This document shows positions 57,759 to 64,000 of a stretch of DNA of 64,000 nucleotides, in pieces. How positions within the stretch are numbered: the stretch's first letter is position 1; each line of letters begins with the position of its first letter. Location: contig CM082589.2 of NCBI GenBank assembly GCA_040954595.2, forward strand, positions 11,296,894 to 11,360,893, written 5' to 3'. This DNA comes from Balanoglossus misakiensis. Lineage: Eukaryota > Animalia > Hemichordata. The notes below the pieces were generated by a model. The model had not been told where the DNA came from. It saw only the letters and a list, made by a program, of their open reading frames with translations, and made no database searches. The position numbers and the translations under genes are program-made.

Positions 57759-60700
57759 CTGAATGTCAAATAGTTGAACATCATCAATGTGGGATTTGTT
57801 GTGATGTTGTTACTACTGTAGAATAACGCAGGTGGTTGTTGGACACTTTGCGGTCTGGTCGTGTGACTTTGCCTTGTTAGCCGCCATGCATGTTGAACGC
57901 AAATTATACCATGATGCCCTGCAGTTACCCTATACGCTAATAGGTCTATGCATGAACTCTTTGAATAAATTTGCTTCCACGATACAGATGAGATTATTTT
58001 TCACGTTGCCTCATGCATGTATGGAAAGATACAGGTAAATTCCCAGTTTTCTGATGGGCAACATTTCTACAGCTGTCTCGATTCTACTCTGGTAGTACTA
58101 AATAACTTACCGTTGGTACATGAGTAACATTATTACACCAAGCACTAACACAGCCGCTAAACCTCCCGCAACACCACCAATGATGACAGCTGGAGGAATC
58201 TGTAAGAGTTTAAATATTTATATTTGTCACGGGGGCGATATGCTACGATAAAAGCAAGAAAACCATTCATTATGATGCTTAACTATTGTAAAATGGTTAG
58301 TTGACCAAAAATCTAGTTATACTGCAGATGTTGCAGTTTCACCATTTTCACAAATATTTTCAAGACAACGTAAACTGTAATCATGTAGATCAAACAAATG
58401 TGTAAACTTTAGTGAATATTGTTTTTCAATCTTGAGTTATTAAAAGACAAAGAAATGTATACACACCTTTAACTTGCATTGGTATTCTCTGGCGGCAAGT
58501 TTCACCTTGATATTCATCAGTACATTCACAAACAGGATTGCCATCACTGTCCTTGATGCAAACAGCATTGTTTGAGCAGAACCCTTCACATTTATCTAGA
58601 CACAAGAATAAAATCACATCACATTATTCTACCTGACGAACCATTTGTATTAGACAAGAACTAAACCCACTTGCAGATTCATTTCTTACAAACGGAATGG
58701 AAGTTGTGTGCTGTCGAACGTTGATTCACTATATATCCACATGTACCGGGTGAATAACATAAACAGTGTCTTGTATCAAACATAATTAATGGAAAAAGGG
58801 CAGCAAGAGAGATACTAAATCAACAGTAGTGTCTACGTTTTAGCTGTACATATTTCTGTTGACATTTCAGTTGTAGATAGTTACATACCTGTACAAGTTA
58901 TTCCATCACCAGTGAAACCAGTTTTGCAAGTGCATTCATATCCTGGTACAAGATTCCTGCAAGTGGCATTTGGGTGACAGTCATCCAGACCAAGACGACA
59001 TTCATGTGCATCTAGAAAACAAAAATTCTTGCAATGTCTTTAACTGACCACCAAATAAAACTATGGGATCTTCATACATATCACCAGTTAAAGGTATACG
59101 GTCACCTATGGAAAATTAGCTATAGTTACCATGGCAAAAGGAGATCTAGCCAATCACAGATTTTCAGTGGGTGGCACATGCAAAAAAGAGCGCCACCATA
59201 TGTTCTTTAGAACTCTCATATACTCCATTTCAGCCATATATGGGCGTTTGTAAATTGGAGGTGACTGTATACCTTTAAGTTAGATGACTACCCAGATGCA
59301 GTGCATGGTTATCACATTCCATAGCCTAACATGTAGAATTCTGAGAAAACAGTATTACAATATTGTTATTTCCGTGAAATTTTCAGAAAAGGTGTTAAAA
59401 GAGGAGCATTATTAAATTATATAAAAATATTGGATCACACAACATATCAAATGATACTCTAAATAAAGAAGAAAATTTCTTATAATGAAGTGTTTGTGTC
59501 AGATTGAACAGTTAAGGTTGATCTCCACAAGCACTTCATGCATGTTATCAGTTCTATGATTATGAAAAATTTATTCCTACCATCACATTCTGTTTCATAT
59601 AGGGCACCCTCTCTGCCTGTAGTGTAGCCAGTTGGGCATGGTTGACAAGCATCCTGGTTGAATTCAAAGTTATATGTTCCAACAGGGCATTTCTCACATC
59701 TATAGGACTCCTGATTCAAGTACCAACCAACATTGCAGTAAGCTGTTGATGGAATGGAAAAAGAGCATAGAATAAAATTGGAGGACTATCATTATTCTGA
59801 ACAACTGAGGCACAATAATACAACCTTCAGTTCAGTACAGTTGAGATACAACATGAAAAGTTGTATACATAATACTTACAAACATTACAATCTTCACTTA
59901 AGGTTGAACCGACTGTTCTTGTGGTGAAGCCAAATGGGCACGGCATACAAGATGGCTGAAGTTCAGCATTTGATTGATAGGTTCCCATGGGACACGACTC
60001 ACAAGACCCATTGACACTAAGTTGGACTCCCACTGATTTACATACCTCTGTAATTGAGAAGATTAATTTTTTGATATTCACGATTATCTGCTTTTCACTC
60101 ACGTGAATTTGTTAAACTGTTGAATATGTTACATATCTGGCGGTTCTAAAGTAAAAACCTACTCGGAAAAAAGTTTACTGGATGCCGAAATATTGCTTGC
60201 CTGTCACTTACAAATGATAACGCCATGGGTACGTCACATGGCCAGATCATGTGATTGATAGTCAAGAATAGCAAATAACACAAGTACCTACCCTGACATT
60301 GTGACTCATCAGTAGCTCCTTCAACTAATGTAAGCATTCCCTTTGGGCAAGTATTACACACAAACTTTCCTTCTTCTGATTGCCAGAATCCAATGGGGCA
60401 GCTTTGGCACTGAGAAGTCCCGTTGTCAAAGTAGTGACCAACATCGCACCTCTCTGCAATAGACATCATTGTTGAAAAATTATTTTTTCAACCAAAGAGA
60501 TGAACATTCCAATTGTCATTCTTTCCATATTGGATCACACCACAATAATTTGATATATACGTCACAATTCCCGGCAAGGGGTATGGGGTTTTATCGGGCC
60601 AGTGGCATGAGTGAGGCTAGACGCTAGTTTTGGAAGCAAAGCGGACAAAATACGGCTAGATACTAGGCTATGGCTGTGGACGAGGAGGAGATATTGCCTT

Positions 60701-63035
60701 CTGTTATACATACCAAAACACTGCAAGATGGATAATGATCTCTTTCCCCTGGTGACTCCATTATTTGGACAGGCATTGCATGCTGTTTGTCCTTCAAGGG
60801 GTTGATAATATCCAATTGCACAAGGATGGCACTGACTCAGCTCAGTGTCATGGTACGACCCTTCAGGACACAATACTGTGGAAATACAAAATGTTGAAGG
60901 CAGATGTATACATTGTTCATGTACTGATCATTATGCATTAATGGTTTAAAACACAACTACAATTGTAACACACAGCATTCATTTTGGCCAGTTTTTCACT
61001 CTTGTGTCTACAAGTGGGATTGCAGTTGTGTGTGGTTGAATGTTGATTCACTATATATCCACATGTAGAATAACATTAACTGTGTCTTCTATCAAACATA
61101 ATTAATGGAAAAAGGGCAGCGAGAAAGAGACTTTGTCCCTCCTTGGTATGAGCATATCAAATCAATTATTTCCTTATATCACCTCTTGGTTGGGTTGTAT
61201 TTACCACTCACACTTGTCTTTAATTTGTACACTGCGACTCACAACCACACTCGCAGCAATACGCCCCACCTAACAGGTCATATCAGGCGATATAAACATA
61301 TTAACATCTACACCTTTTTATAATATTAATTTTGGACACAGTTTTAATCCTTTCACCACCATGGTTCAGTCCAAACCAATTGTTTTCTATTGTAAGGTTT
61401 GACCTCTATAGAGGAAACTGGGAGTGAAAGGGTTAAAGTACATAACAACTGAGGAGTATAGGCACTCACCACATTCTTCTCCAACAAGAACACTACCATT
61501 GGAACAGAATATTGTACTTTCAACTTGTAATGTCTCAGCGTCGACCGAATATTCAGCTGTATCAAAAGGACCATTCTTGACTGCATCTTCAATAACTACA
61601 GCTGCAGCATCAGCAGAGCTAATGGATAAAACAACAGGCAAAAAATTCTTACATATGCCACATTACAATACCAACCAGAAGTGTGTACTGTAAACTGAAT
61701 TGTTTTCACGACAGGAAATTTTCGCGATATTAAAAGAGGCGACTGTTACGTGAGGACGAATTTTCGAGTTCTCGTATTTCACTAACTGCATCATTATCTC
61801 CAAAAACATTTTACACAACTTTTTATTTTAACGTTTTTTTGACCAGCACATGTTTTGCAGAAATTTACTGCTCGCGAAAATAACACGTTTTGCAGTATAT
61901 TTCGAATGCATGAATCTTTAGAATACAGGATGCCGCAACATGAAGGAAGGTGGGCAGAAATGATGGGGTTGCCAAAAACTGAAAATGTTTGAGTGTTAAG
62001 ACACAAAATAATTTGTTTTCACTTGCATGAATGGAATATTTTGCAATAATGCAAACACCAGCTGTATAGGGAATACAGAGCTGGTCCTCACACAGCCTGG
62101 GATCAGTACCCTAGACATGTCACCAAAGTCATTTCAATAGAACAGAAGGGGAATGAAATACTCGAAAAATAACAATTACTACTCACGCATTGGTTGTGAA
62201 ACTGAACTGAACCACAAGCTGAGTATCAGCCTGTCTCTTTCTTCGGTTTGAGGCGCCGCAGGTTATTTCAAGGTCATCAAAGTTGCATTCACCGCCACAA
62301 ATACCAAACAAATCATTCAGATAGTTGATAGTGTTCATAAAACTGATCCTCAATTGCTGGATGACACCATTGTTACATGTACCAGCCTGTGAATTGTATG
62401 ACACGCCACAATTCACTCCACGTTGAGTCTTCCCAGGAGCTGCAGTAGAACAATACAAACAAACAAATTTTGTTAAAGATGCAATTTTCAATCTAGCGAA
62501 CGATGTATTGACTTAGACTGCGAAACCGCTTAGCCAATCAGGAAAGTTACAGCTGCTTACCCAGAACAAAATATTAAGAAAATAGCTCAAATGTACTGGA
62601 GCTTTATATTGGGGTAAGCAGATATGATGTTAACAAATTATCTACCTGTAATCACAACCTTGACATACTGTAAAGCAAGAATTTGCATTACTCATATTTC
62701 TGTTTTCATTTATAACTAAAAGAAAATTGTCTCAATGCTGGAATACCCCCTCTCACAACTCTCTCTCTTTGGAGAATTTTCTGAATGTGCATGTGCAACC
62801 TGATTATATTTCTTTACTGATACCAAATCATTTTTTTCTCACCTGAACATCCAGGGAAGGTGAATTCCTCGTCTGGATTCTCAGGATTAAAAGATCCTTC
62901 ACTATGGCAGAGATAGTAAGGTGCTTGCAAACTTGTATCCTGGTAAACAATCCACCTGACAGAACACACCCGACTCAAACTCATTACAGATGGAAATACC
63001 TTTAACTGGTGGTGCTGGCTTTTCACAATCAAATG
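57494..63035 (-). CDS. 3' part of a type-I membrane protein gene: Sushi-like, SEA-like with RRKR, 4 ephrin-receptor-like (GCC2/GCC3) repeats, 2 EGF, TM, NPxY tail (SVEP1/uninflatable-like architecture)
   Basis: Ten exons: 63035-62843, 62439-62187, 61618-61470, 60875-60714, 60453-60292, 60047-59880, 59742-59581, 59011-58889, 58595-~58465, 58199-58111, plus last exon 57758-57494; GT-AG sites; the 5' part lies beyond the window. Confidence 0.88.
58111..58199 (-). CDS. Transmembrane exon
   Basis: IPPAVIIGGVAGGLAAVLVLGVIMLLMYQR; AG acceptor, GTAAGT donor. Confidence 0.85.
58465..58595 (-). CDS. EGF-like exon
   Basis: CEGFCSNNAVC...CECTDEYQGETC; donor position ambiguous (58467 vs 58465). Confidence 0.85.
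58889..59011 (-). CDS. Calcium-binding EGF exon
   Basis: DAHECRLGLDDCHPNATCRNLVPGYECTCKTGFTGDGITC, phase 1-1. Confidence 0.9.
59092..59274. mobile_element. Kolobok-type MITE
   Basis: TTAA-AGGTATACGGTCACCT...AGGTGACTGTATACCT-TTAA. Confidence 0.85.
59581..59742 (-). CDS. Ephrin-receptor-like repeat exon
   Basis: CNVGWY...CEKCPVGTY...CQPCPTGYTT..GA...EC, 162 nt, phase 1-1. Confidence 0.9.
59880..60047 (-). CDS. Ephrin-receptor-like repeat exon
   Basis: CESCPMGTYQ...CMPCPFGFTT..GS...DC, 168 nt, phase 1-1. Confidence 0.9.
60292..60453 (-). CDS. Ephrin-receptor-like repeat exon
   Basis: CDVGHY...CQSCPIGFWQ...CNTCPKG...GATDESQC, 162 nt. Confidence 0.9.
60560..60670. repeat. Short dispersed repeat
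   Basis: TTTTGGAAGCAAAGCGGACA core shared with ~15960-16070 and, inverted, ~40160-40270. Confidence 0.7.
60714..60875 (-). CDS. Ephrin-receptor-like repeat exon
   Basis: CPEGSYH...CHPCAIGYYQPLEGQTACNACP, 162 nt. Confidence 0.9.
61348..61432. mobile_element. 85-bp piggyBac-type MITE
   Basis: TTAA-TCCTTTCAC...GTGAAAGGG-TTAA. Confidence 0.65.
61470..61618 (-). CDS. Exon: end of SEA-like region
   Basis: SADAAAVVIEDAV...CSNGSVLVGEEC, phase 2-1, consistent with neighbouring exons. Confidence 0.8.
61688..61895. mobile_element. TA-flanked Tc1/mariner-type MITE
   Basis: TA-CTGTAAA...TTTTGCAG-TA with TTTTCGCG subterminal motifs. Confidence 0.65.
62187..62439 (-). CDS. Exon: SEA-like region with furin-type RRKR site
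   Basis: ...CGGECNFDDLEITCGASNRRKRQADTQLVVQFSF; AG acceptor, GTGAGT donor. Confidence 0.85.
62843..63035 (-). pseudogene. Damaged Sushi/CCP-like exon
   Basis: DCEKPAPPVKGISIC...FCQVDCLPGYKFA [frameshift ~62925] APYYLCHSEGSF...FPGCS; acceptor reads TACAT instead of TACAG. Confidence 0.7.
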
Positions 63036-63747
63036 ATGTAAAAGAAAGGAGAACACAGTTTATTTGTCTATATATATTTTTTTAATTTTATTTCATCTAT
63101 CATCCAACAGGCAAATACTACCCAAATGTCTGTGTCTCATATATCATCCAACAGGCAAATACTACCCAAATGTCCAGGTCTAGGTAACGAACCCACAACC
63201 CTAGCAACTAGGGCACAATGCCTCTTTTACCAGGTTCACACAGGGTAAAATTTGAGACACTATTTGCCAGTGCTAACCACAGAGCATTAATCCTTTGAGT
63301 CATGTTGTGTCCACACACACAAAGTTTATGTATGGGCGCTGAGGCTCGGCCCCATAGACAATGGGTTGCGGAGAGGTGTTAATCCTTACACCGGCTCAGG
63401 TCTGGCTGGCAGAGCCGTCTAAAATCTGAGACGTTTCAGGACCACTTACACCGTCCACACATGTTTTTTTAAGACAGTATCAATTCTGAGATGCTTCAGA
63501 ACTGTCTTAATGGTGTATGTGTGACACCCATATTTATTACACAGTCAAATCTTTTAAACAGAACACCAACACATTAACATGTTTCTATGTAAAAGGGACT
63601 AGGAAAAGCTGTTGGTTGAAGAGAGGTTTCCCGATTAGACAGGGTTTGTTTTAGACGGGTTTGAGTGTCCTTGTATGTTCTGAATGATGTTGTTATAATT
63701 TTTGATAGTTACATAGGGACAAAAGTGATAATGATGCAATCATATTA

Positions 63748-63937
63748 CTGTAAAACGGCAAATTTTCCCAAACTTCGTCAAAAAAGAAGAAGAAAATAAA
63801 GTCGCATAAAATGTTTTTCAGAGATAACAGAGTAGTTAGTAAAATACTAGAATGCGGAAATTTAATTCTCGTGTCACAGTTGCCTCTTTTGATATATTGC
63901 AAAATATTTTCTGTCACGAAAATGTCCCGTTTTACAG
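63748..63937. mobile_element. TA-flanked Tc1/mariner-type MITE
   Basis: TA-CTGTAAAACGG...CCGTTTTACAG-TA. Confidence 0.75.
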
Positions 63938-64000
63938 TATGTGACAAGACATAACAAGGGGTAGAGATGACAATTTGTCAAGATATTAATTAATTTTTAA

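Noticed and set aside
58690-61135. ~120-bp similarity between two introns (58690-58815, 61015-61135)
   Set aside because: Most simply an ordinary short dispersed repeat; no structure or splice relevance seen

Overview
AT-rich, repeat-dense animal DNA with spliceosomal introns. The TE families and protein domains point to a marine invertebrate, probably a deuterostome (inference). The window holds: (1) a Mag-type Ty3/gypsy retrotransposon (220-5074) with a broken gag-pol; (2) a deleted piggyBac; (3) a giant imperfect inverted duplication, arms ~7.86-19.03 kb and ~35.45-45.60 kb. Each arm is a nested palindrome: an 8-9 kb non-coding element with ~0.8 kb TIRs and a TAA target duplication, around a ~300 bp-IR cassette whose core is unusually conserved. 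(4) Between the arms is a relic secreted pentraxin-like gene, interrupted by a young Gmr1-type LTR element (PR-IN-RT-RH order), itself interrupted by a composite Academ element. (5) A 6 kb 86-bp satellite made of whole monomers, bounded by TACATGTA on both sides. (6) The 3' ten exons of a minus-strand Sushi/ephrin-receptor-like/EGF type-I membrane protein gene with one damaged exon. Many MITEs are also present. All alignments and identity estimates were made by eye; boundaries of diverged repeats are approximate.
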